In this document: positions 36,110-46,864 of the stretch, in pieces
Position numbering within the stretch: position 1 is the stretch's first letter
Layout: each line of letters opens with the position of its first letter
Assembly: GCF_052425735.1 (NCBI RefSeq)
Contig: NC_135764.1
Span: 31,744,001-31,808,000 of the forward strand
Reading direction: 5' to 3'
Length of the DNA stretch: 64,000 bases
DNA from: Oculina patagonica
Taxonomy: Eukaryota
Translations under genes and position numbers: made by a program
Notes under the pieces: generated by a model
Seen by the model: only the letters and a program-made list of their open reading frames with translations
Told to the model about the DNA's origin: nothing
Databases searched by the model: none

Positions 36110-39075
36110 TTACTTTTTGCCCATGCAACACGTTGGTGCGCATGACGGAGCACAAACTGGCATTGGGGGAGGGGGTGGTGGGGGAGGGAGCATAATTGGT
36201 TGAGGGGGTGCAGTGCAGCACGGCTGAGGACAGATTCTCATACAGTAGTGGATACAAACAGGTGGACATGCTGGCGGGGGTGGTGCTGGGAGACCGGGGC
36301 AACCGGGGGTTCCCATCGGTCCCATTGGTCCCATAGGTCCCATGCATCCTGGCATACCGGGGAGTCCACGACATCCAGGGAGGCCTGGGGGTCCCATGCA
36401 TCCTGGCTGGCCGGGAGGTCCTGGAATAGGGCAGGGGACAGGACAAGGTGGCGGCGGTGGTGGTGGAGGTGGCGGAGGAGGAGGGGCACAGCATGACGGT
36501 ACACAGGCCGGAGCACACGAAGCAGCGCATCCCAAACCACAGGGGTTTGCGTTACGCTTCTCTACAGTTTCTGTGAGTAAATAAAAGGAAGCAGATGAAA
36601 AATAAGGTCAAGACATGCTATTGGTAATGTATGGTCAAATTCAGTATTATTCATTGAACACTTGGCATTTGACACCCCTCGGCATTGGAGTTTGACTGGA
36701 AAAATTCCCCTTACTTTACCGTTGACGATTTAATTTGTATACACATGTAACTGATAGTGACGTTGCTTAGACTACAACGAAGGTATATGTTAAACTAAAC
36801 GTAACTGATTTTTAAGTAATTGTTTTTATATTTGTTAGCAGGTCATTTTACCTGGCTCATCTTCGACTTCTTTCGTTATTTTGACGATCTTTCCATGATG
36901 AAGGTAAGCCTCAGTAACTGTAAAAGTACAGGTTTAAACAATGTTAAAATGTAAAAGGTAAAGGTACACCTGGGTGGCGAGAGGCACTGTGAAAATTAAG
37001 CCGTCCTACTCAAGGACACAACAGACAGTGACTCTGGTCAGGGCGTGAACCCAGACCGTTCGGTCAGGAGTACAGTGGACTAACCATTAGTCAACTACGC
37101 CTCCCAATGTTTAAATACTTACGGCCAATTCTCTTCTTTTGTTTGACAGTTGAAATCTATGTGGAAGAGTTTCGAAATAACACTCAGAACGCGTTGAGAG
37201 AAATATGGGGCGAGTTATTCTGTGACGTCATGTCAACTGAATTTCTGTAGCAAGATATTTTCGATTCTCTGTTAGATTGTGATCGTGATTCCTGTAGCGA
37301 TTCCGGGTTCCTTTTTTTAATATTAGCTGTACCTTATTTCTAACTCATACTCATAATTCCGGCATCATAAACTATGATCTTTATCAGAACAGGTGTGCTT
37401 GAACACCTTTTCAAAAGGTGTTGTGCTGCCACTGTTGCGAACCGTTTAATTTAATCCAGGACGTGTAGAAAAGGCGTTACATCTCACACAAAAGTGTTTA
37501 ACCAGCCACAACTTACACGCCGTTCAGAAGAAACCTTCAAAATAGCTAGGGACAACTTTTAAGTTAGTGCTTAAAAGCACGTATTTGTTTGAGTTATTAC
37601 TGATTTCACAGTTTGTAGACCAAAACCCGGGGCAGAAACTTTTCAGCATGGGGTCTAAGAAGGTTTTACTCACATGGATACTGAAACAATGGTCGTCTCA
37701 GATTAAAGTTCGCTTCGCCAATTGGTGCGCGCTAATTTCACATACCACTGATTACTCTGGTATTGGCGACAGAAGGTATGAGTTCTCAGTGAATCCACTA
37801 CAGCGTATAATCACCGTGTATCCTTACTCATGGTACCCGCTTGTTAAACCAAACTATTTCGAATAACTCAAAGATGTCCTTTAAGTCTGTTTACTGTGAA
37901 CAAGAACCCTGCGAACGTGACCATCGAATCGCTAAACTCTTTTTGTGGGTTGCTTCTCAGATAGGCTTTAAAAAGATCTGCTTCTAGCTATTTTCTACGA
38001 AAGTCCACATAATTTGCAAATTCATGTTTTCTTTTCTTTTGTTTCTATCACCAATTTGGACACTACCGGTAATCCAGACTTGATTTCAACATTAAAGGCT
38101 TGCGTTTTTAAATCGCGTCAAGTTTTCTATTCGTAGTTACCAAATTGAACAAGCCGAATCTGAATCACAAAATCCATTTTTCAACCTAAGCAGTGTAATA
38201 CTAATGAGACGCAATATTTGGATTTCCCGAAGTTTTTCGTTTTGCAAGAAGTAGTACTGTTTAGTTTGTTTCAGTTTCTCGCCATTATAAAGCAACAACC
38301 TGTCCAAAAGTAAACATGATTCACTCACCGCGTATTCCAAAAGTTATTGCAAAGCTCTTAATATATCGGTATGACAACAGATTTTGGGCTCCAGAGAAAA
38401 CAGTAATTTTAACACAAGATTTCAGTCTATGACAAAATGATCTTTTCCCGGCTCTTTGCTAAGTCTTTATTTTTTCGGGTTGGGTACAGGTGTTAAGCGC
38501 ATAAACGCAACACCTGTTTGTTTCGATTTTATTGTTACAAGGAAAGTGTAATTATCTGCAATCACCTTAGATTCTAAACAAGATCAGATTCCAAATTAGA
38601 TTCTACAAAAAAGTCATTTTAATTCACAGAACGGCCTGATAAAATACTAAACAAATACGGCAAAATATATATACCGCCATCTACACTTTTCAGTAAAATA
38701 TCACAAGGCGAAATAATAAAAATGTCAACACTTGTTTTGTGCACAGACAAGAGAAAATGTACGTGGATAGCCGTCTCTTCGTTTTGCTAATCGTTTTCAA
38801 ATTACGTTTCTAAATTAGTTGTTCAATGTTTCTGCCGGCGCCTATCTCGAAAGAAAGTTTGATCTACGAAGAAAACCTAAAATGGATTGCATGTTTATGT
38901 CAATATACCAGTTAAAATCATTATATTGACATTTGATACCGTTTAGCTTTTCCAGCTGAAATCACAGAGATAAAAGGGATACATTTACTGGCCAGGATAA
39001 ATAAACAAACTAACCTTTCCGTGCTTCCAGCGAAGCAATAAAGAGGAATAAACAAGCAAGCGTTACTCGAAACAT
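36110..39075 (-). CDS. Ncol: Minicollagen (nematocyst wall protein), ~195 aa
   Basis: Exons 39075-39015 (signal MFRVTLACLFLFIASLEARK), 36917-36852 (propeptide, phase 1-1) and 36570-36110. Mature part: EKR^NANP, CRD CGLGCAASCAPACVPSCC, polyPro, 15 Gly-X-Y, CRD CPPVCIHYCMRICPQPCC, polyPro, short CRD CAPSCAPTCC. The upstream exons are less certain than the main exon. Confidence 0.9.
36955..37105 (-). mobile_element. tRNA-derived SINE fragment
   Basis: CCTGGGTGGCGAGAGGCACTGTG...CAAGGACACAAC...GGGCGTGAACCCAGACCG; B-box-like GGTTCACGCCC on the minus strand; similar to 44165-44415 and 57590-57810. Confidence 0.7.
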
Positions 39076-39664
39076 GACCCACGTCGCTCTGTGGAGGAAA
39101 ATAATAAAAAAGTTCTTGTTAATCGATCCGTGAAAAGCTTGCCACAATTCTGTTACACTTGGCTAACCATTGAAATAGATATTGCTTAAATTTTAAGGGT
39201 TATGTTTGTGAGTTGTAGTTTTCGTTCTCTCCTTAATTTTTGTCTAAAATTAAAACATATAACCATAAGAAATACTTATAGCTATCAAGAATAATCAATG
39301 CTTAAATCCGGTGCTCTTTTCCCGTCCTTATTTATGATTGATTTTTGTTTATTTTTCCTCCCCAAATTGTTCCAAAATGGAATCAACTTGACATTGTTTC
39401 AAGTTCATTCCATCGAACGCTTCTATAAAGTAAAAGGTTCAAAGAATTTCTTCCATCCAAAGTGACACTCTCTTATTGTTAAGGGAAGTTCGCTTCCAAA
39501 GAAGATGAAAGAGGTCACCTGCCAAACTCAACCGTCCGAAAAACCGTCTCTTTATTCAAGTAAACGAGTTGAAACAGCGTTAGACGCACCCGAAAAGCTT
39601 GGGTAAGAAATCTCTAAAGCACCCCCTTCAAAACAACAAGCAAAAACAGTGTCTATAATTTTAC

Positions 39665-40384
39665 CTTATTTTTTGGTGATTCCTTCGGTTGACAAAGTGC
39701 TGTCGAAAGGTCAAGTCGTTAAGCAATCCCTACTGGCAGGCGGTGCTCCTAGTGTCATCATATATTCATCGGAGGCGGACAGTTTACCAACGCAACCTGC
39801 CCCGGGGCGAGTTTCTGTCAACAGCATTACGTCATGTAACTCAACCCGCCGTCCCTCACCTCGGATGTCCTCTGATTGGCTCGTTTAAGAAACGCAACGC
39901 AAGGAAAATCAGGTTGAAGCTAAAGAAACTATGTTTCGGGTTTTATTTATCTTAAGCGAGCGCTTTGTAAGATTTTTGGCCTCTGTGAAACGCTCAAATG
40001 AAGCGCGAATGGCTGAGGTCTCGGGGGATCAATTATTAAAACCCGTAGCTACCAAGCAAACGATAAAACCACACATTTTTTCAACCAATGCTCTTTCGTA
40101 TTTTGTCGACAGTCAGAGCAAATATTTTGTCTCACAGTGACAAGCAAAGCAAATTATTTATCGAACTCCACATGAAGGAAATCTTTGTTCTTTGTTAGGT
40201 AATAACTGTCAAAGACTGGCCATTCATGCGTTAAATTCCCCGAGCAGCGGCTATTATGTAATTCTTGGCTCAACATCATGAATCATTCACGAGTCGACAA
40301 AAATGGGAACAAAAGCAGACACTAAAAGTCCCAAATCCTAAAACCCTTACCCTTGAGTTGAAACAGGACAAATCAAGCAAACAG
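39665..40384. promoter_or_regulatory. Putative shared bidirectional promoter and 5' UTR exons of the two minicollagens
   Basis: Both ATG-bearing exons begin with splice acceptors, so 5' UTR exons must lie upstream. Candidate donors AG|GTAAAA (minus, 39665) and CAG|GTAAGA (plus, 40384); TATA-like 40252 with Inr TCATTC 40283; CCAAT box near 39875; TTACGTCA near 39827. Motif inference only. Confidence 0.35.
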
Positions 40385-42044
40385 GTAAGAAAGTTAGCAA
40401 AACTTAGTTCTCGATTTTGCTTCGCACTGCTTCGATATCGTGCGATGAACACTTTGACCAAAAACAACCTGTTATTTAGCTTTCTAATCGTGTTGTGTTT
40501 TTCTCTCAAGTATAAACAAAAGCCAGATACAAAATTTCTTGTTTTGGGCTCGGCGATAATACTGATACTTATTTGTTTTAGTTACAGCAATCATGATATA
40601 ATTGTTTCATGTTAAAAAGTGTCGAAGCTAAATGTAAATCTTAGCAGAAGATTGTTTTACTAACAATCTGCTAGCTCCAGTGGCGTTGTATCTAGTCTTC
40701 TAGTCTTCTGACCTTTGAAGTAAATTTTTTTTAATATATGCTTCGAAGATTAAACTGACTCCCTCAGAGTGAATAAAAAGGTCGTATATTTTAACAACTA
40801 GAAACTTGGAACTCACGCTGTTAAGTATAATACAATTGAAACCTTCTCTTAGACGCTCAATTCAAAGGAAAGCCTCACTATTTGTGCTATTGATTTTAAG
40901 GGAGCTATGTTACAAAATTCTGCCTACAAATAAAAGGAAACCTCAAAATAATAGTTAATTAAGGTAGAAATACACCAAAGGGATAATAATTAACCAAAAG
41001 GTACAAGGATGATCAAGACTGACGTAGGTTGAGAAGGGTCTCAAACCACGACGGGCTTGAAAATTTTGGCTAACTTTTTTGAAGAAGCGACATTCGAGAC
41101 GTGGCTTCCTAAACACTACACATGCAGTATATATTACGAAGCATTTTGTTAAAAATGACTATAAAATCAAGATCAACAAACAATTTAACTCTACAATCCC
41201 AAAGCTTAAATTTGAATCCTCCTTACTGAACTCGATACATTTGTTTTGTTGTAAGTTCAGAGAGTTTCGTAGTACATCAAGAATTTGATTTTCTTTGCTT
41301 TCGTTTGATTGTTGTGTACGAACCAATGCATTATTGTCATCGAAGGAGGAAAGGAGGAAATCAGGAAGAAGGGGGAAATCAGATCGTACTTAAAAAATTG
41401 TGGCGTAAAAACACTATTGAAAACGGAAATTTCTGGGGATTTTTAGGACAAAGGAAGAATTTGTGATTTTTTAAAGGAGAATTTCTAATTATTTAGCCTT
41501 ACTGAGTTGGCAGTTAACTGGTATTTGTATTATTCAACTGACATGAGTTGAACAGAAACCTGTTGCTAAACAAAAGCGAACCACTGGATACCAACAATAG
41601 ACAATATTAGATTTTGAAACTGAGTCACATTGAACTTTGCTATGTATGCGACCATTGTAGTATCTAGGCGTACTCTCCCTCCCCGCGGTCGAGCGCGACG
41701 ACCACGTTAGGGTCTGGGAACGGTTTGCGTGTCGTTAGTTTCGTATCGGTTGCATACTACATTCTGTCACCGCGTCGTGAGATTTCGCGCCAAATCGAGT
41801 TAGTGAGATGGCACGCCTGGGTACTTGTTTGGCATAACGGAAAATAACGCATTGTTGGTTTTCCCACTGCTCAGCCAATGGGAAACTGAGTTAGTCTACG
41901 AGGCGGAATAGTACCTCGGTCAGTAACATGCACGTGCGGATTGACTGAGAATTCTGGAAATCCGACAAAGTGCTGGCGTATTCAGCACGGCTGACGCATT
42001 TGATGACAGTCCTATAATAAGTTGTCCTTATTTTCTTTTCAGAT

Positions 42045-42849
42045 ATGGACTTAAGAATTCTTCTTGTATCTTGCCTTGTGGCAGTAGTATGCGGAAAATC
42101 AATTGGTAAGGAATCACTATATTGTTTTTAATTACTACTTCTTCTTGAGGATGTGGAGATTCGTAGGACGTTCAGGAGAAAAATGCAACACTACGATAAG
42201 TTAAACTAGCACAGTCAAACATCGCTTTACGGACACCCAATTGATGCAGTGGTTTTGGTTCCTTCCTCATACATTCTCTTACTTTAACTCTTTTTAAGCG
42301 CACGGCTCGCTAAAATGGACATTTCTGTGGTACCTACGGTGCTCGTTAAACGAGATCTTGCAAAATGTGTAACTTCACTTTGCTGTTTACCTTGCAGATG
42401 AAAAAGAAAAGCGAGAAGCTAACCCTTGTGGTTATGGATGCCCATCAATGTGTGCTCCAACCTGCGAACCAACATGCTGTGCACCACCACCGCCACCACC
42501 TCCACCACCATGCCCCGTCCCCGTGCCTATGCCAATCCCCTGCCCACAGCCAGGACCCCCCGGACAGCCAGGATGCATGGGACCACCCGGACTTCCCGGA
42601 TGCCGTGGATTCCCCGGCATGCCCGGATGTATGGGACCAATGGGACCGATGGGACCACCAGGAGCACCCGGATGCCCCGGTCTCCCAGCTCCACCCCCAC
42701 CACCGTGTCCCCCAATCTGTATTCACCACTGTATGAAGATTTGTCCTCAGCCATGCTGCTCTCCTCCACCCCCTGTGTATATCCCTCCTCCTCCTCCCCC
42801 TCCAATGCCAGTTTGTGCCCCATCCTGTGCTCCCGCCTGTTGTAAATAA
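42045..42849 (+). CDS. Ncol: Minicollagen (nematocyst wall protein), 170 aa
   Basis: Exon 42045-42105 (signal [20 protein letters not shown], donor G|GTAAGG) and exon 42398-42849: DEKEKR^[25 protein letters not shown], polyPro, 15 Gly-[23 protein letters not shown], polyPro, [11 protein letters not shown]. Confidence 0.95.
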
Positions 42850-43284
42850 GAAGTGAAAGATTCAGAAGAAACGTTGACTTTTGAACTTGTCCTGTAGATA
42901 GAATAACAACATTACTTTAGATTCAATTGTTATGAATCAAGAGACTGCTTATTTTCGTATTCAGTTCTTTTATTGACTTCGAATGGGAGTAAGACTGTTT
43001 CTTGTATGAAAACGCCATTAAATGTTAGTTTCCAATAACTTGTTATGTAATTCTTGTGGTTACTCGTCTTTGAAATCATGATGCTTGTATAAGTCACATG
43101 GATTTTACGACCTGTCGCTTAATCCTCGTGCTTTTAAACAGTGAACATAAACTCGAGAGCACTCGGAGTCTAGACATTGAACATTCATTTTTCATAATAA
43201 GCAAAATTTGTTTAAGTTAATCTTCAGTTCTTTTTTTTTATTGATTGCTCACACATTTACAATCATTACCTTAACAGCGTTATT

Positions 43285-43402
43285 ACAAGTAGTAGATAAA
43301 ATATGAGCGGAAGATCTGTATGGGCAGTTACAATGGCGAGCCGATAGGCGAGCCATTGTAAACGCCCATTCAGATCGGACGCGAATATTTTATCCTACTT
43401 GT
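43285..43402. repeat. ~118-bp imperfect fold-back (hairpin) element
   Basis: ACAAGTAGTAGATAAAATAT...GATCTGTATGGGC..TTACAATGGC[GAGCCGATAGGCGA]GCCATTGTAA..GCCCATTCAGATC...ATATTTTATCCTACTTGT. Confidence 0.75.
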
Positions 43403-44164
43403 GAAATGAAAACAATGAATTGAATGCAAAGTATTGTTATGCGAATCAGTAGAGATCTGTATCAAAAGTTAATGAATACTAATTAGCTGAGCAGGAGTTT
43501 GTATCTAAAGTTAAATAATCCTTTTGTTTGATTTGTATTGGGGTTTACAGTTGTGAACATGTGATCTGAATACTGTGCTGGGATTGGTTTGCACCCTCAT
43601 GAATAATTAATGAATTTTACAACACTACTTACAGTTCCAGTTCTTGCATGTCTAGAATCTTCCTTCCGCGCTACAGAGTTTAGGGGCTGGACTATCCCTT
43701 GCCAGATTAGATCATGTACGATTCAATTTCTTCCAGCATTGGGAATAAATCTGGCCTAAGGAGCTGGCAAGCATTCAACAATTTATGATAATACGACAAA
43801 GTAACGGGGCAAGTCAATTTTATTCACAGTTGAATTTATACATCTTAGAACTGTTGCGTTCCTGTACAAACCCATATGAGTCGAGACTTAAATAGCAGCA
43901 CAATACCAGACGATAGAGTCACATGTTGTTAGCTTCTGCCGCCTGCCGCCTGTTATTAAACCGTTTGGTGGGAGAAAATACTGTGTATAACAGCAATATA
44001 ATGAATCAAACACGTTGCCTAAACAATCCAACGTCAAGTTTACTTGTTGTCATGTTGTTCAGCATGTACTTCTTACACTGGAGTCGCTTTCACAAACCTA
44101 AAAAGGAAACTAGAAATCCTAACTTTAATGAACTTCAACGACCTCGAACGAATTTCGACATGGT

Positions 44165-44415
44165 AAGGTCTGCGTCGAGCCTACTGGCCCATACAGGACG
44201 GAGCTTATCCCGGTTTCATTCTGCAGCATGAAGCGATTAGGAGTGTTCTACTCCCCATGAATGGGATGCTAGTCCGTGGCGCGATAAACCCCCGGCATTA
44301 AGCATACCTGGGTGGAAAGGGGCACTATGAGAGTAAAGCGTCTTGCCCAAGGACACAAACCAATGACTTCGGCTAGGGCTCGAACCCGGACTGCTCGATC
44401 CGGAGTCCAGCGCGC
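44165..44415 (-). mobile_element. tRNA-derived SINE
   Basis: Minus-strand GGGTTCGAGCCC B-box; central AGCATGAAGCGATTAGGAGT block shared with 57590-57810. Confidence 0.75.
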
Positions 44416-44599
44416 ATGCATAGACATGAATAGAGCTTTATTTCCATAATAGGAAACCGAAAATACGCCGGCCCCGAGCGCACCCCCGCGGGGGGAGGGG
44501 GGGGGGGGGCCGGACACGCCCGGGGGGGGGGGCAGCGGGGGGGGAGGGGAGGGGAGGGCGGCGGGGCGGAGGCGCCCGGAGAGGGGGAGGGGAGGGAGA

Positions 44600-45010
44600 G
44601 AGAACACGAAAAGATATATTTCATATCTCCAAGCAGCCATGTATTATTTTGTTTATTATATAAACCTACTAATTACGACGTTTTTGACGATTTTCGGAAG
44701 ATTTTCCGAAGATTTTCGAAGATTTTCAAAATGTTGTCCGAAGGTCGTTCTAATGTTGCCGAACATTTTCCGAAAATTTCCAGACTCCGAAGATTGCCGA
44801 AGATTGCCGAGAGAGAACCGAAGATGTTTCGACTTAATATCGATAAACTTTGGCTTATTGAACATTCAAACATGGTAAACTCTGCGAGCTGATTGGTCAA
44901 AGATGATATCACACATGTGTGTGGATATCATTTTTATCCACACATGTGTGATACCATTTTTATCGATTTGCTACCACTCACTATACCACTGCAGTTTATA
45001 TAATAAAAAC
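44600..45010. repeat. Interspersed repeat with CCGAAGATT subrepeats
   Basis: Tandem (T)CCGAAGATT(TT/G) units at 44690-44825; garbled G-rich tract immediately upstream. Confidence 0.55.
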
Positions 45011-45559
45011 TGTTTATTGACTTTATTAGCTTTCATCACTGTCACTGATAATATAATTCGCCGTTTTGAAATCTGTTTCTGCTCAAACTCACCGCTTTTT
45101 TGATTTCTGATCGCGAAGTCTTGCAGTTCGGCAGCTGCAATTTCTTGATTTTCCCTCTCTTCGTCTCCACAAGCTAGAAGCTCTTATAATTTATAATTTT
45201 CTTCTTCGTGTTAGCATATTTTCCTGCTCCTCAGTAAAACATTTTATTTTGGCTTCAGTGAACTTCATGAATCGATAGCTCGCCATTTCCAACCGGCGTT
45301 TGGCAGCCTTGCACAAACAACCGTGCAAAGGCGGGAAATGACGTCATCGATTTCGTCACTAGTGAGGATATGGGAAATAGGCCACTACAGTCCCGGATGC
45401 AGTTTCGTATGAATTTTACGAGTGGTCTATTTTCCAGTAAAACACTCGCGGCTATATAATAATAAACGATAAACAACTCAGCCTTCTTTTCAAACTATTT
45501 TATTTAGGAACAAAAACCTAACATGTTTAGGATAACTGTCAAAAACAGCGAAGGTTTAC

Positions 45560-46864
45560 TCAGTGAGTAATTTTGCTCTTTTTGTCTTGTTCTTTATCGT
45601 TGTCCTCATGGTGGTCTTCTTCTTTAGCTTTCTGTTCTTTCGTCTCTGTTGGGACGTGTGTCTCGCACCCTGGATACCCGCAGTTATTGTACCAGTAGTT
45701 GTATCCGTAGGGGTAGTGATACGGGTACGGGTAGTTGTAAGGGTAGTGGTGTGTGTCGGGGTGCTGTACAGTCACAGCTGGGTGTACAGTTACTGAAGCT
45801 GGGTGTACTACTGTTGTTGCGGGGTGCTGGACTGCTGGATGGACTGCAGGGTGGACTGCTGGGTGCTGGTATGGGTAAGGGTAATGATACGGGTAGCCGG
45901 GGTGTTGATACGGATATTGTCCGTAATGCCACGGGTATCCGGGATGTCCATATCCAGGGTAATAGACATCGTTGGATTGTCCTAAAAAATGAAAGAAACG
46001 GTTGTCATTTCACCTTTAGTTTACTTTACAGGGCTGCAAAAACCAGTATTCAACAAACGTTAGATAGAATATAATTGTTAAAATGGTGTGTGGTGGTTTT
46101 TTTTTTAATGCTTTCGTCATCTGACAGAAGTTGCGATGAATAAGAGAGTCTCGAACACAAGCAAGGGACCTGGGGAGAAGAACAGGTACCCGCCCATCGT
46201 ATTATTTCTCACTTCGCAGTTTTATAGGATTTTAGCTGCTTTGAAGGATAAAATAAGGATTTTTTTGTAATAAAGTATTCCTTTGGGCTTTTTTTTTGCA
46301 AAGATAAAATCAAGCACGCTTCTTTTTTTGACAAATTCTGTCGACTGACTTAAGGCCAAAACCAATCGGCCAGTGGCCAATCAGAACAAACGAAAATAAC
46401 ACAATTAACCAATTAAGTAACAGGGTACGTAGCGCGGGAAAACTGACAACCGGTGTCAGGCGTGCGAAAACATGTAACCAGTTTTAAGCGCGGGAAAACA
46501 CAGTTGGTTCTCGTTTGTATCTAATCGGATGAACAATTGTTTGGTTGCAGGGACTTTGAACGAGTTTTCTGACAAATTTAACAACTCAGCAATGACAAAC
46601 TCAAATAAAACATACGCTTATGCGTAGGTTTAACAATTATTCAATTCCTCTACAGTTGCAGCTTTTGCACTATCTTCTTGATATACCTTTCTTGTCTTGG
46701 TCCTGTTTCACTTCATCTGATTGGCTCTGAAAACTGACTTGCTGCGCAGACTCGGCGGGGTTAACTTGATTAGCATTAACCTCCAAAGAACTGAGAGCCC
46801 TGGACTCAACTGCAACGAAACACACCACTGCCAACAGGCAACCAATCACAACTGAAGTCCTCAT
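45560..46864 (-). CDS. Uncharacterised secreted Tyr/His/Pro-rich protein, 199 aa
   Basis: Exon 46864-46687 (signal MRTSVVIGCLLAVVCFVAVES, polar propeptide ending QDQDKK, donor G|GTATAT) joins exon 45981-45560 in phase 1 (600 nt total). Sequence: GQSNDVYYPGYGHPGYPWHYGQYPYQHPGYPYHYPYPYQHPAVHPAVHPAVQHPATTVVHPASVTVHPAVTVQHPDTHHYPYNYPYPYHYPYGYNYWYNNCGYPGCETHVPTETKEQKAKEEDHHEDNDKEQDKKSKITH*. AATAAA at 45504-45499; candidate UTR donor at 47778. Confidence 0.85.

Noticed and set aside
36084-36584. Overlapping alternative-frame and antisense ORFs on both minicollagens (also 42365-42845)
   Set aside because: GC-rich Pro/Gly codons suppress stop codons; only the CRD/Gly-X-Y frame is meaningful.
37123-37156. 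34-nt candidate exon (minus strand, good AG and GTAAGT) in the minicollagen gene
   Set aside because: Its inclusion shifts the frame between the phase-1 flanking exons. It could be a poison or alternative exon, but nothing supports that.
44340-44415. tRNA gene
   Set aside because: Only a B-box-containing SINE head; no complete cloverleaf.
44269-44640. Pro-rich ORFs suggesting a third minicollagen-like gene
   Set aside because: They arise from a garbled G-rich tract between a SINE and another repeat; no CRD or Gly-X-Y run; probable sequencing error.
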